A stretch of 64,000 bases of DNA from the IMG/VR virus record IMGVR_UViG_3300002835_000017; one strand, 5' to 3'. The translations under genes were made by a program, and so were the position numbers. The notes below the pieces were generated by a model. That model ran no database searches and was not told where the DNA came from. It was given only the letters and a program-made list of their open reading frames with translations. Origin of the DNA: a virus. Positions 40,355 through 49,715 of this stretch are shown piece by piece. The first letter of the stretch is position 1, and each line of letters opens with the position of its first letter.

Positions 40355-41598
40355 TAGGTTTTACTTAAATAATTATTAGCAGATAATATAGTTTTTAATT
40401 GGTTGTTTATTGATTGAAATGTAGCTGCGTTTTCAGGACCCAATTTACTAGGACCAGATGGGGTTAGATAATTTTGATTTAAAATTGCAAGTATCAAATC
40501 TTGTAATATTGCAACCAACTCTCCACCTAATACCATTTGTTGTACATCTGCTCCATCTTGTCCAATACCTGTATTCTTTCCTAAAAATATTTTACCACTA
40601 TCTGAATTAAGGAATATTTGATTAGAACCTTTTGAGTGTATTGTTATATTTTTATTGTTGTGAACATATACTTCTTTTTCTGCATCAATTGTAAAATTAC
40701 CATCAGTTAATATACCCGTATTTCCTTTACCAAATATAATAAATTCACTTGCTTTTGAAGAAAGAATTATTCTATCAGAATTTATAAATAATTGGTCACC
40801 CTTTAAAGAATCGGATGATGGATATTCTTTGAATGCAGTTTTAGTTTTGACTACGGTTTCTTTAAATGGTACTTTAACTTTACCGGAAGTTATATAAATC
40901 GATGTACCATCTTTATTAATATCCTCATCTACTAATTCACCTATTTTTTTTGAATCTAATTCTGGATTCTGTTTATTACGAATAAAAATAGATGGAGATG
41001 ATGTTTTACTATCTTCAGTTAAAAAAAACTCACTAAAACGAATTGTATTACCAACTCTACCACTTATAATAGTATCACCGTTTGATGGTTTTAAAAATTT
41101 AATTTTTTCATTTACTACATATTCGTTTTTATCTTTAGTTTTAGTTTTTGCATTTGTTTTACCACCAGTAGCGGCAGTATTAGCCATAGAACCACCACCC
41201 TGTTTTCCAGCAGGCACTTCTACATCTTCCTCTAACGTAGCATAATAAGTTGTATAATCTCTCCTATAATTTGAGTAAGGAGTGGTTGTATATGGTAAAT
41301 AAAACGATTGATTATGTAGTTTTACTATAACTACTGTTTCACCTTTAATTGGAAATGTAAAATTATTTTTATCAAATGGAAATGCGTAATCATCTACTTT
41401 AATACTACTTTCTTTTCGATAAGTGATAGCACCATACATCCTAGCATCTTTATCCGAAAATGTTTTATTATCGTTGTATACTGGAATAGCATCAAGTCCT
41501 GCTTCACCTGGTTCTTTGGTTAACAATTCAGTTGTTGTACCGTATACATTATCTACGGTTGCTAAAAAGCCAAATATATTACTTTGAGTATCTGCCAT
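40354..41598 (-). CDS. Baseplate central spike-like protein (gp5/gpV-like)
   Basis: FPIKGETV (OB fold), GDTIISGRVGNTIRF, beta-repeat region, VLGGELV..TPSGPS. Confidence 0.65.
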   Translation of the reverse strand: MADTQSNIFGFLATVDNVYGTTTELLTKEPGEAGLDAIPVYNDNKTFSDKDARMYGAITYRKESSIKVDDYAFPFDKNNFTFPIKGETVVIVKLHNQSFYLPYTTTPYSNYRRDYTTYYATLEEDVEVPAGKQGGGSMANTAATGGKTNAKTKTKDKNEYVVNEKIKFLKPSNGDTIISGRVGNTIRFSEFFLTEDSKTSSPSIFIRNKQNPELDSKKIGELVDEDINKDGTSIYITSGKVKVPFKETVVKTKTAFKEYPSSDSLKGDQLFINSDRIILSSKASEFIIFGKGNTGILTDGNFTIDAEKEVYVHNNKNITIHSKGSNQIFLNSDSGKIFLGKNTGIGQDGADVQQMVLGGELVAILQDLILAILNQNYLTPSGPSKLGPENAATFQSINNQLKTILSANNYLSKT

Positions 41599-42002
41599 TA
41601 TATTTTAGTTTTTATCTCTTCGATTTCAACTTGAATATCTAATAACTTTTCATCTGATTTTTTTTCTACTTCATTTATAGTATCTTCTAATTCGTTTAGT
41701 AATTGTGCTTTTTCAGTTTCACTTAACCAACCATCTTCACCAATTCCTTTAGCTTCAGCTTGAGCCAATCGTTGTGCAATTGTAGCCAACTTAATTAAAT
41801 GGTCATCATTCTTAATCGATGAATCAATTAAGTCTCTAATAATAGGGGCTATGACAGTTGCTTCTCCTACACTCTTAATTAATTTACGAAGTGATTCAAT
41901 CATTTCTGAAATGTTCTTCTTCTTTACTTGCTGATTATCGTAAATATCTTTAAATAATGATGATAAATTTTTACCATCAAACAATTGAAATTCTGTGCTC
42001 AT
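41598..42002 (-). CDS. Hypothetical helical protein
   Basis: 134 aa ORF. Confidence 0.6.
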   Translation of the reverse strand: MSTEFQLFDGKNLSSLFKDIYDNQQVKKKNISEMIESLRKLIKSVGEATVIAPIIRDLIDSSIKNDDHLIKLATIAQRLAQAEAKGIGEDGWLSETEKAQLLNELEDTINEVEKKSDEKLLDIQVEIEEIKTKI

Positions 42003-42034
42003 AATATGTTATTCTTTACTATATAATTATCTAG

Positions 42035-43735
42035 TTATGATATTTTACTTACTATATAATTTCCAATAACTAAATAATCCATATCACAATTTTTAAATGT
42101 AGTAACCGCAATGTATGGGTCATTAACCATTGTTTGTCCTCTTAAATTAAAAGATGTATTCAATAGTATAGGTGTTCCACTTACTTTTTCAAATTCTTTT
42201 AATAAACTATAATATAAAGGATTTTGTTCATTGGTTACTGTTTGGATTCTTGCACTATTATCGACATGAGTTACTGATGGAATTGGAGTTTCTGAAATAA
42301 CCTGAACTACTTGATTCATATATGGAACATCCTCTTCTGATTTAAAATACTGTTGATAATCTTCGTGAGTTACCGATGGAGCAAATGGTCTAAACATTTC
42401 TCTCTTTTTGACAACCTTATTAATTCTATCTCTTACATCTGGTAAATGTGGATTAGCTAATATAGAACGATTACCCAATGCTCTTGCACCAAATTCAGTT
42501 CTACCTTGAAACCAACCTATAATATTACCTTCCTTAATTAATTCGGCAGTTTTACTTAATAATGTATCGGTATTTTTATAGTATTTAAAAGATATATCTC
42601 CTATCCTATCTATAATATCTAATACATATTCTTTACTAAATTCGGGTCCTAAATATGGAGATTGATTATCACCACCTTTTATTTTGTTGTTTCCAATTAC
42701 ATCATGCCATACATATAAACAGGCTCCAATTGCAGAACCTGCATCAGATGGTGCGTAGGGAATCCATACATTCTTAATACCACAATGTTTTTTGATTTTG
42801 CCATTAGCAGTTCCATTATATGCACATCCTCCACCTAACACTAAATTTGAATTACCAGAATAACTAGATGAATTATTAATGATGTAATATAAACACCTCT
42901 CATACCATCTCTGTAAAGAAGCTGCTAAATCCATGTGGTGTTGTTCTAATTTGGATTCAGGTTCACGTGGTTTAAATCCTATCAGTTTAACCAAATCCAA
43001 TGTAAACATATCCGTATTAGAATATTCCCATGTAAAATACTTCTGATTTATATTAACTAAATTAACCGTATCCAACGATGCTAATGTATCAAATAATTCG
43101 TTATATTTTGAAGAATCTCCGTATGGAGCCAATCCCATTACTTTATACTCACCACTATTTGGTTTAAATCCTAAATATGAAGTTATAGTTGAATACACTA
43201 ACCCCAATGAATTTGGGAATTTTACGTTTTTAATTTCAATAATACCATTTGAATTACATTCCGCAATTGAGATAGTATCCCATTCACCAACACCATCAAT
43301 TGAAATTCCAATAGCTTCATCAAACGGTGATGTGTAAAAAGATAACGCTAAATGAGATAAATGATGTTTTGTAAATGTAATTACACCATCATACCCAATA
43401 GCATCTTTTATATATTTTTTTAAATTTCCCTCTGTTGCTTTAAATTCTTTTTTAAACTTATTCCAAGTTTTGAAATATTTAATCCATCTTTTTCCTAATG
43501 TTTTACTAACTCTATCATATTTGATATTTGGTACTTCATACCAACAAAGGATATCTACTTTATCTATTGTAATTTGCGCGTAAGATAAGCATGCTTCTAT
43601 AGCTTTTAATGGAAAAGAGTTGTCATGCTTTATGCCTGACAACTTCTCTTCTTCTATTGCAAATATTACCTTACCATCTATAAGCAATGCAGCTGCTGAA
43701 TCGTGATAAAATGCGGATATTCCTAATTGAATCAT
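42035..43735 (-). CDS. Carbamoyltransferase (NodU/CmcH/TobZ family)
   Basis: GISAFYHDSAAAL, HHLSH, DGVGE, YKVMGLAPYG, GGCAYN, EFGARALGNRSILA, RPFAP, LNTSFN. Confidence 0.95.
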   Translation of the reverse strand: MIQLGISAFYHDSAAALLIDGKVIFAIEEEKLSGIKHDNSFPLKAIEACLSYAQITIDKVDILCWYEVPNIKYDRVSKTLGKRWIKYFKTWNKFKKEFKATEGNLKKYIKDAIGYDGVITFTKHHLSHLALSFYTSPFDEAIGISIDGVGEWDTISIAECNSNGIIEIKNVKFPNSLGLVYSTITSYLGFKPNSGEYKVMGLAPYGDSSKYNELFDTLASLDTVNLVNINQKYFTWEYSNTDMFTLDLVKLIGFKPREPESKLEQHHMDLAASLQRWYERCLYYIINNSSSYSGNSNLVLGGGCAYNGTANGKIKKHCGIKNVWIPYAPSDAGSAIGACLYVWHDVIGNNKIKGGDNQSPYLGPEFSKEYVLDIIDRIGDISFKYYKNTDTLLSKTAELIKEGNIIGWFQGRTEFGARALGNRSILANPHLPDVRDRINKVVKKREMFRPFAPSVTHEDYQQYFKSEEDVPYMNQVVQVISETPIPSVTHVDNSARIQTVTNEQNPLYYSLLKEFEKVSGTPILLNTSFNLRGQTMVNDPYIAVTTFKNCDMDYLVIGNYIVSKIS

Positions 43736-43739
43736 AATA

Positions 43740-44429
43740 TTAAATTTTTATGTCACCATCTCTTTCGAACTCATTATATAGTTCCATTTGTCTTTCTCTC
43801 ATCTTATTAACAACTTTAGTAATATAATGAGTTGGGTGACCAGTCATCTCTCTAATAAGTAGATAAAGAGATTTTTTATTGAAATTTTCTATGTATTCTG
43901 CTCTTCTAAATAATTCTAAAACTGAATCTGCTATTTGTAAATCTCGTTTTTTAGGAAAGAAATTTTCTAAATGTTTATCCCAATAATTCAACATTACTAC
44001 ATTAAAAGTTCTATGGTCATCATTACGGACTTCTTCTGTAAAATTGTTTTCAGTATCCCAATGGTCTGGCATTGCAGACATTATATCCGTATCTTTATAT
44101 CTTTTATAATTTGCGTTGTTATTTAAAATCAAATAGTTTCTCGCAACAATTGTGAAATAAGAAAAGGCTTTACCTTTTCCATTTTTATACATGTGAATTT
44201 TTTCAATCATAAAAGCAACAACTTCACACATCACATCTTGTGGGTCATCATCAAAATATGAAAACTTCCATTTGTTGTAAACTATTTCTGCTAGTTTATC
44301 AAATGCAGGCTTAATTCTATCCCTATATAATAAATCTTTAATACGTTGATTATCCGATAGGTTGTATTCTATAATTGCATCTTCAGTATCTTTTGTGAAG
44401 TATTGTTTGCTTTTTGCTTTTCTTGGCAT
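43740..44429 (-). CDS. Phage sigma-70-family factor (T4 gp55-like late sigma)
   Basis: QYFTKDTEDAIIEY..FDKLAE..KAFSYFTIVARNYLI resembles sigma region 2 of gp55-type proteins. Confidence 0.65.
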   Translation of the reverse strand: MPRKAKSKQYFTKDTEDAIIEYNLSDNQRIKDLLYRDRIKPAFDKLAEIVYNKWKFSYFDDDPQDVMCEVVAFMIEKIHMYKNGKGKAFSYFTIVARNYLILNNNANYKRYKDTDIMSAMPDHWDTENNFTEEVRNDDHRTFNVVMLNYWDKHLENFFPKKRDLQIADSVLELFRRAEYIENFNKKSLYLLIREMTGHPTHYITKVVNKMRERQMELYNEFERDGDIKI

Positions 44430-44430
44430 T

Positions 44431-44673
44431 TTAATTGAATTGTTTGAATCTTTCGATAGTTTCTTTTATTTGATAAAATATAGAACCTACTTCATCATCC
44501 TTCTCAAACATTTCACGAGAATCTATTTCTCTTAATGCCTCCAGTAATGCTTGGTTTCTTTGAGTTTCTCTTTCTATAAACTCTTCGTATTTTTCTAATT
44601 TTGTTAAAAGATTCCTAACTATATATAATGCAGTTAAGAATAGTACAATTATTATTCCTAATAAAATTTCCAT
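44431..44673 (-). CDS. Small membrane protein
   Basis: N-terminal hydrophobic helix; FEKDDEVGSIF. Confidence 0.6.
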   Translation of the reverse strand: MEILLGIIIVLFLTALYIVRNLLTKLEKYEEFIERETQRNQALLEALREIDSREMFEKDDEVGSIFYQIKETIERFKQFN

Positions 44674-44674
44674 A

Positions 44675-45322
44675 TTAAACTATTTCGTATCCTTTTAAAA
44701 AATAATCATTTGCTTTTTTGTATTTAACCTCAACTAATTCACCTGTTGGTGATTTCATTACAATTTTGTCATTTCTACCATAATTGTTTTTCTTTGTGAT
44801 AGTTGTAGAATAAATTCTATCTTTAATAGTTATCCCATCTAAATGGTCAATTTCATGTTGTACAATAACTGTCATCATTGTTTCCATTGAAACTCTTTCA
44901 TCTACTTTATCTCCTTCTGGATTAATTTCAAATTCTAATTCTCCCAAATTATCAGTTTGAACTTTAATTTTACAAGACCTGATAGTTTTCAGTGGTTTTT
45001 CAATTGTTTTTGGAATAGATAGACATCCTTCATAAAAAAGAAATCCTTCTTTAGACCTTTCTGTAATAACTGGATTTAAAAGAAATAGTTCTCTACCAGT
45101 TTCTTCGTCACCAAATTTAATATAACAGGCTCTTTTCTTAATACCTAATTGAGTTGCCGAAATACCTAAACCTGGATACTGATGTAATCCTGCTTTAAGT
45201 GTTTCTTCTAATTCATTTGCTTCAATAGCAGTAAATTCTGTTTTGGGAACGCGTGTTAACAAAAACTCGCTAAATTCGTTAGATTGTAATCCGTTTGATG
45301 CTTTGTCTGTAATTAATTTCAT
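44675..45322 (-). CDS. def: Peptide deformylase with C-terminal extension
   Basis: GLGISATQLG, EGCLS, QHEIDHLDG. Confidence 0.93.
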   Translation of the reverse strand: MKLITDKASNGLQSNEFSEFLLTRVPKTEFTAIEANELEETLKAGLHQYPGLGISATQLGIKKRACYIKFGDEETGRELFLLNPVITERSKEGFLFYEGCLSIPKTIEKPLKTIRSCKIKVQTDNLGELEFEINPEGDKVDERVSMETMMTVIVQHEIDHLDGITIKDRIYSTTITKKNNYGRNDKIVMKSPTGELVEVKYKKANDYFLKGYEIV

Positions 45323-45330
45323 ATTTTTAT

Positions 45331-45540
45331 TTATTTTTTTAATCCGTATTTTATAAATTTATACCATATTCTTTCATGAATATAATATTGAACTGGTTTA
45401 TACACTAATTCTACAACTCCAAATGCAGCCCCTATCTGAATTGAACCACTTATCCACCACATTATTAAAAACCCTATGAGGGTACTTAAAATACGATATG
45501 AGATGGTTTTAGCAATATGTCTCTTACGTTGTACTACCAT
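45331..45540 (-). CDS. DUF2061-like membrane protein (start revised to MVVQ)
   Basis: RHIAKTISYR..YYIHERIW. Confidence 0.75.
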   Translation of the reverse strand: MVVQRKRHIAKTISYRILSTLIGFLIMWWISGSIQIGAAFGVVELVYKPVQYYIHERIWYKFIKYGLKK

Positions 45541-45883
45541 TTGAATATATTTCTCCTTTTCTAATTTTAGTACCACTTATTTCAGCAATTTCTGTTGGTG
45601 GTTCATGATATATTACATCATATCCTACACCTCTACCATAGTTTACTGATTCAATATCAGGAATAATAGATATATGAATTTGATTCCAATTTTCTTGAAA
45701 GAATGGTTCTTTTGTTAATTCAATCATTACCTGTTGGGCAGTTTTGGGGTTGTTTTCATCTACATCCACATCTCTAATTGCCACCCAAACATTCTTTCCC
45801 TTTTCAAGTTGTTGATTGATTAACCATTCATGTCCTTTGTGCCAATTCTGCCATCTTCCGATGTATAGTGCGTACTTTTTCAT
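45524..45883 (-). CDS. HxGH nucleotidyltransferase (cytidyltransferase-like)
   Basis: IGRWQNWHKGH, ISGTKIR. Confidence 0.8.
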   Translation of the reverse strand: MKKYALYIGRWQNWHKGHEWLINQQLEKGKNVWVAIRDVDVDENNPKTAQQVMIELTKEPFFQENWNQIHISIIPDIESVNYGRGVGYDVIYHEPPTEIAEISGTKIRKGEIYSNGSTT

Positions 45884-46779
45884 AACATTGTTTTTATAAA
45901 TGGTAATATTGCTAATTCTTTTCCTTTTGCTTCAACCATAATGTCCACATCCAACTCGTATGTATTGGGGAGGGCATTAATATACACCGAATGGGCTTGT
46001 GGTTTTTCTTTTGGATTATTTTCATGTAATGCTTTTGATTCTGAATAATGAACTTCTTGTATAATACCTTTTGGCCAAGTTGTGGCAGCAAGTTTAAGAG
46101 CTTCTTCTTCGGTTAACCCACCCGTACAAAATTGGTGATGATGGTAATCAAATACAATAGGAATACCTGTTCGTTCGTAGATATACATCAAATCTTTTAC
46201 GGAATACATAGAAGCCTTATCATCATTCTCCAATGTCAATCGTTTTTGTACGCTTGGAGAGAGTCTTTTGAAATTTGTAATCAATCTATCCATCGCAGAT
46301 TGTTTATCTCCGTATACCCCATTACAATGGATATTAATATTGTTGTAATGGGTTTTAGATAACCCCATAAGGTCAAATATCTTACCATGTAATTCTAAAT
46401 CAGCAAAAGTTTTCTGAATAACTTCTTCGTTGGGTGAAGGGAGCACATTGAATGGGCCAGGATGAGAATTAATACGGATATTATGAAATTTGGCAAAATC
46501 ACCTGCTTTCTTTAACTCCGATTTAATTTCTTTGTAATCTTTTAGTTGGGTTAAATCCAAACCATCACCCCACGGAATAATAGTGGATGATAAACGAAAA
46601 AAATTGATATTATGGATACGATTCCATTCTAATATCTTAATAATATCTTTGGCATTTGCTAACGCCAACTCCGAAACGTAATCCAAGCCTTTGGCATTGA
46701 ATGTTTTCTTCACCATTGAACGATTTGTGGTAACCTTGTTACCCATCGACATATTAATACACGCATATCCTATATTCAT
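45880..46779 (-). CDS. uvsE: UV DNA damage endonuclease
   Basis: IGYACIN, FFRLSS, HPGPF, LENDD, FDYHHH, HYSES, EAKGKE. Confidence 0.93.
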   Translation of the reverse strand: MNIGYACINMSMGNKVTTNRSMVKKTFNAKGLDYVSELALANAKDIIKILEWNRIHNINFFRLSSTIIPWGDGLDLTQLKDYKEIKSELKKAGDFAKFHNIRINSHPGPFNVLPSPNEEVIQKTFADLELHGKIFDLMGLSKTHYNNINIHCNGVYGDKQSAMDRLITNFKRLSPSVQKRLTLENDDKASMYSVKDLMYIYERTGIPIVFDYHHHQFCTGGLTEEEALKLAATTWPKGIIQEVHYSESKALHENNPKEKPQAHSVYINALPNTYELDVDIMVEAKGKELAILPFIKTML

Positions 46780-46783
46780 ACTT

Positions 46784-46814
46784 TAAATATAAGAAAAATA
46801 TTTCGTATTTACAA
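46784..46814 (-). promoter_or_regulatory. Bacteroidota-type promoter TTGT-N19-TATATTTA
   Basis: Octamer ends 4 nt upstream of the uvsE ATG. Confidence 0.65.
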
Positions 46815-46818
46815 GCGG

Positions 46819-47859
46819 TTAGTAAGTTTTGATGTTTTCTTCTTCGTTACGGAATTTAGCCAAATCCCTAACACTTCCTTTTTTGGTGTTTAACCAATAA
46901 TTTACAGCTTTTGGATTATTTATCCACAATTTACGATTATTCCATGGAAATTCTGGATGCATGTATTCTTCCCATTTTAAATTTGAAGTTTCTTCTTCCT
47001 CTTCTTGAATTTTTTCAATGTTAGAAGCAGTTTCGTCAACTACATCCTCTGTTTTATCACCATAAATTTCATATAACCCCAATTTTTCATCATTTTCTAT
47101 CATTTCAACTAATTTTTCTTTTTGTTGGAGTTTTTTGTTAGAAATTAAACCATTAAATGCGATAATTAGAGCAACTGCGAGAGGGTCAAACACAATTACA
47201 ATCAAAAATATGAAGAATTTTACTACATTTTTTAATTCAATACCGAATGCTTCAGCTACAAATCGAAATCCACCTACTTCTTTCTCTAAATCGAGGTTAG
47301 CAATCTTAATTTCGTTGATTTTTTCTGTTTCAATTGCGTTTTCTGCTTGTAAATTAGAAATTTTATCGTTAATTTTACTAATTTCCTTATCTCTAGCATC
47401 AAGTGAACGTAATAAACGTGAATTTACTGTACCTCCATCAATAATTTTACCTTGATTGGAGTTAAATTCGGTAATTTGAGTAGAAAGTTGAGTAATTTGC
47501 TCGGTGTTTTGGTCAATTTTTGTTTGATGAACCTCAATTTCTCTATCTACTTGCTGCAATTGTAGTGATTGTGCTTGAAATGCGTTTGAAAGGTATCCAA
47601 AAATACCTGCGGAAGTGATTAACATTAATAATCCAACAGATAAAGTTAAATACCATTTGTTGAATCCTTTAATGTTATCCCATTCTTGTTTGAGATATGT
47701 TGCAGCAACTAATTTAGCTAACTCTAAAGAGGAAGCCATTACTATAACTGATGTAGATGCTCCCGCAAAGAGAACACCTAAACCAGTTACAGAGAAATAA
47801 GCCGCACATCCGGCTACAATAATAGCAGATAATCCTACTAATACTTTTAGCCAATTCAT
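46819..47859 (-). CDS. Multi-pass membrane protein with coiled coil
   Basis: AAYFSVTGL..LELAKLV..TSAGIFGYLS; coiled coil; VFDPLAVAL. Confidence 0.7.
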   Translation of the reverse strand: MNWLKVLVGLSAIIVAGCAAYFSVTGLGVLFAGASTSVIVMASSLELAKLVAATYLKQEWDNIKGFNKWYLTLSVGLLMLITSAGIFGYLSNAFQAQSLQLQQVDREIEVHQTKIDQNTEQITQLSTQITEFNSNQGKIIDGGTVNSRLLRSLDARDKEISKINDKISNLQAENAIETEKINEIKIANLDLEKEVGGFRFVAEAFGIELKNVVKFFIFLIVIVFDPLAVALIIAFNGLISNKKLQQKEKLVEMIENDEKLGLYEIYGDKTEDVVDETASNIEKIQEEEEETSNLKWEEYMHPEFPWNNRKLWINNPKAVNYWLNTKKGSVRDLAKFRNEEENIKTY

Positions 47860-47860
47860 A

Positions 47861-48037
47861 TTATCGATTGATTCTAGCTAACTCTCCTACACGTTCTATT
47901 AATGCTCGGGCGTCTGCTAATGTAGTATGTGCTTCAGAAGGTGATAAGTTCTGTGCACCTGAAATTCCATTTTGTAAAATTCTCAATTTACCATCAATGG
48001 CTTCTAGTAAGTTTTTTATTTTTTCGTCGTATATCAT
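47861..48037 (-). CDS. Small hypothetical protein (58 aa; absent from ORF track)
   Basis: MIYDEKIKNLLEAIDGKLRILQNG...ELARINR; stop lies 1 nt before the next ATG. Confidence 0.6.
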   Translation of the reverse strand: MIYDEKIKNLLEAIDGKLRILQNGISGAQNLSPSEAHTTLADARALIERVGELARINR

Positions 48038-48056
48038 ACTAATAAGTATTTTTAAA

Positions 48057-48120
48057 TAAAAAAAGGTGATAAGTTAGTCTTACCACCCATAAATATAGAA
48101 AAAATATTTCAATTAATCAA
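48057..48120 (-). terminator. Intrinsic terminator after hsp20, abutting a TTGA-N19-TATATTTA promoter (48090-48120)
   Basis: GGTGGTAAG-ACTAA-CTTATCACC-TTTTTT on the minus strand. Confidence 0.7.
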
Positions 48121-48493
48121 CTGTAATCGGAATTGATTTTGACTTTCTTTCTTCTTTTTTATCAATTGTTAAAATAAGTAACCCATTAGAAAATTTAGCT
48201 TTCGTTTTAGTTCCATCATAATCTTTGCTTACCGTAAAGGTAACATCGATATCATGAACCAATGGAGAGCTTCCTTCTTCTTTTTTTGCTTTAATTTTAA
48301 TTTTGTCATCTGTAACATCTAATTTAATGTTTTTAGCATCATGTCCTAAAACATTTAAAGTTAGTTGTTGCTGACCATCTTCCAATTGAGATACATCATA
48401 ATCCGCTACAAATGAAGCGTAATTTGATGATGTAGTATTCCATTTTGGAGAATCAAATAACTCGTATAATTTTCTTAAATCTGTGATGTACAT
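48113..48493 (-). CDS. Small heat shock protein (Hsp20/alpha-crystallin)
   Basis: LNVLGH..IKLDV..AKFSNGLLILTI.K. Confidence 0.85.
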   Translation of the reverse strand: MYITDLRKLYELFDSPKWNTTSSNYASFVADYDVSQLEDGQQQLTLNVLGHDAKNIKLDVTDDKIKIKAKKEEGSSPLVHDIDVTFTVSKDYDGTKTKAKFSNGLLILTIDKKEERKSKSIPITVD

Positions 48494-48534
48494 AATTTTT
48501 AATTTTAAGTTTTCAAATAATTTAAACTGATAGT

Positions 48535-48607
48535 ATCCATTTTTATACCAATCAAATTATTATGACAAATTGTCAGTGTTCTCTAAATAAAGTATGACAC
48601 TTTGTCT
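48535..48607 (-). promoter_or_regulatory. hsp20 upstream region: two TGACA-N3-TGTCA palindromes and a sigma54-like TTGGTAT-N5-TGGA element
   Basis: TGACAAATTGTCA 48563-48575; TGACACTTTGTCT 48595-48607; GG-N10-GA at 48549-48536. Confidence 0.55.
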
Positions 48608-48610
48608 GTA

Positions 48611-49264
48611 TTATTTAGATTTAATGTAATTTTGTCTTTCAATAATAGTACTCATGTGGTCTGCCCAATGCATTATGTACTGAATATTTGATTTAAGATA
48701 TTTGGATAAATCAAATGTTTTGTAATATTTTACATTATCTTCATCATACATTCCATCTGTAAGTTTAATACCAAAATATTCATTTTCATTATACTGAATA
48801 CCATACCTGTTAAGTAAGAAGAAAGTTCTGTCAGTAATTGCCATATAAGAGTTCTTACTATTTCTAGTGTATACTTCACCTTTATTTTTTACATGCCATT
48901 CTGATTCATTAGGTTCATAATGCAATTCTTCTTTAGTTCCTAACTTTCCTAAATCATGATGTAGTGCTACAAATATTAATTCTTCATCTGTAAAATCAGG
49001 TACACCACCCTGTGATACAAATACATTTTTCATAGCAATTGCATTCTTACAAACATTAAAAATGTGGTCGATATAACCACCAGGATATGCATTATGAAAA
49101 TTTAAATTACCTGAAGCTGGTGATATCATAAGGTTACCACCTAATTCTGATTCAGAGTACATGTGAAGAAGTTTTTCTAATCTTTCTCCTGTGAAGTACT
49201 TTTCTAGGATTTTAAGAAACTTTTCGTAATTTGTTTTTAATTCTTGTTCTGTTTTTTGTTTCAT
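48611..49264 (-). CDS. HD-domain phosphohydrolase
   Basis: PAS..FHNAYPGGYIDH..LHHDLGKLG..HWAD. Confidence 0.88.
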   Translation of the reverse strand: MKQKTEQELKTNYEKFLKILEKYFTGERLEKLLHMYSESELGGNLMISPASGNLNFHNAYPGGYIDHIFNVCKNAIAMKNVFVSQGGVPDFTDEELIFVALHHDLGKLGTKEELHYEPNESEWHVKNKGEVYTRNSKNSYMAITDRTFFLLNRYGIQYNENEYFGIKLTDGMYDEDNVKYYKTFDLSKYLKSNIQYIMHWADHMSTIIERQNYIKSK

Positions 49265-49302
49265 TTTCTTGAGTAGTAAAGAGTTTAACTATTAATAATA
49301 CC

Positions 49303-49333
49303 CAAACATACGAAAAATTTTCAACTTTTCCTA
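49303..49333 (-). promoter_or_regulatory. Bacteroidota-type promoter TAGG-N19-TATGTTTG
   Basis: Perfect TAnnTTTG. Confidence 0.65.
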
Positions 49334-49337
49334 GTCA

Positions 49338-49655
49338 TCAGATAAAAAGTTTTTTCTTTGTTAAAATTTCATATAGAATTTCAACCTCTTCTTCAGTAGT
49401 TAATTCAGGCAAATCATCATCAAACAATCGAAGAGTGTAGACGGTATTTCCTTTTTCATCAAAAAATTCATCAGATTCAGAACTGAATAATGCGGGAGCA
49501 TATTCTATATTTTCTAAAGCATCCTCATCATCTATATCTATCAATGGTATAACATAATAGTGATAAGAATCTACTCCATCTTCTACTTCTATTTTATGAC
49601 ACTTCCATTTATTGAAGCTATTTTCAGTTATTAGAGTCTGTGGTAATATAATCAT
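49338..49655 (-). CDS. Acidic hypothetical protein
   Basis: 105 aa; own promoter at 49674-49704 (TTGT-N19-TATATTTA). Confidence 0.6.
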   Translation of the reverse strand: MIILPQTLITENSFNKWKCHKIEVEDGVDSYHYYVIPLIDIDDEDALENIEYAPALFSSESDEFFDEKGNTVYTLRLFDDDLPELTTEEEVEILYEILTKKKLFI

Positions 49656-49715
49656 AATTAAAACATTTAGAAGTAAATATAATAAAAAAATATGAATTTT
49701 ACAAATTACAGTTTC

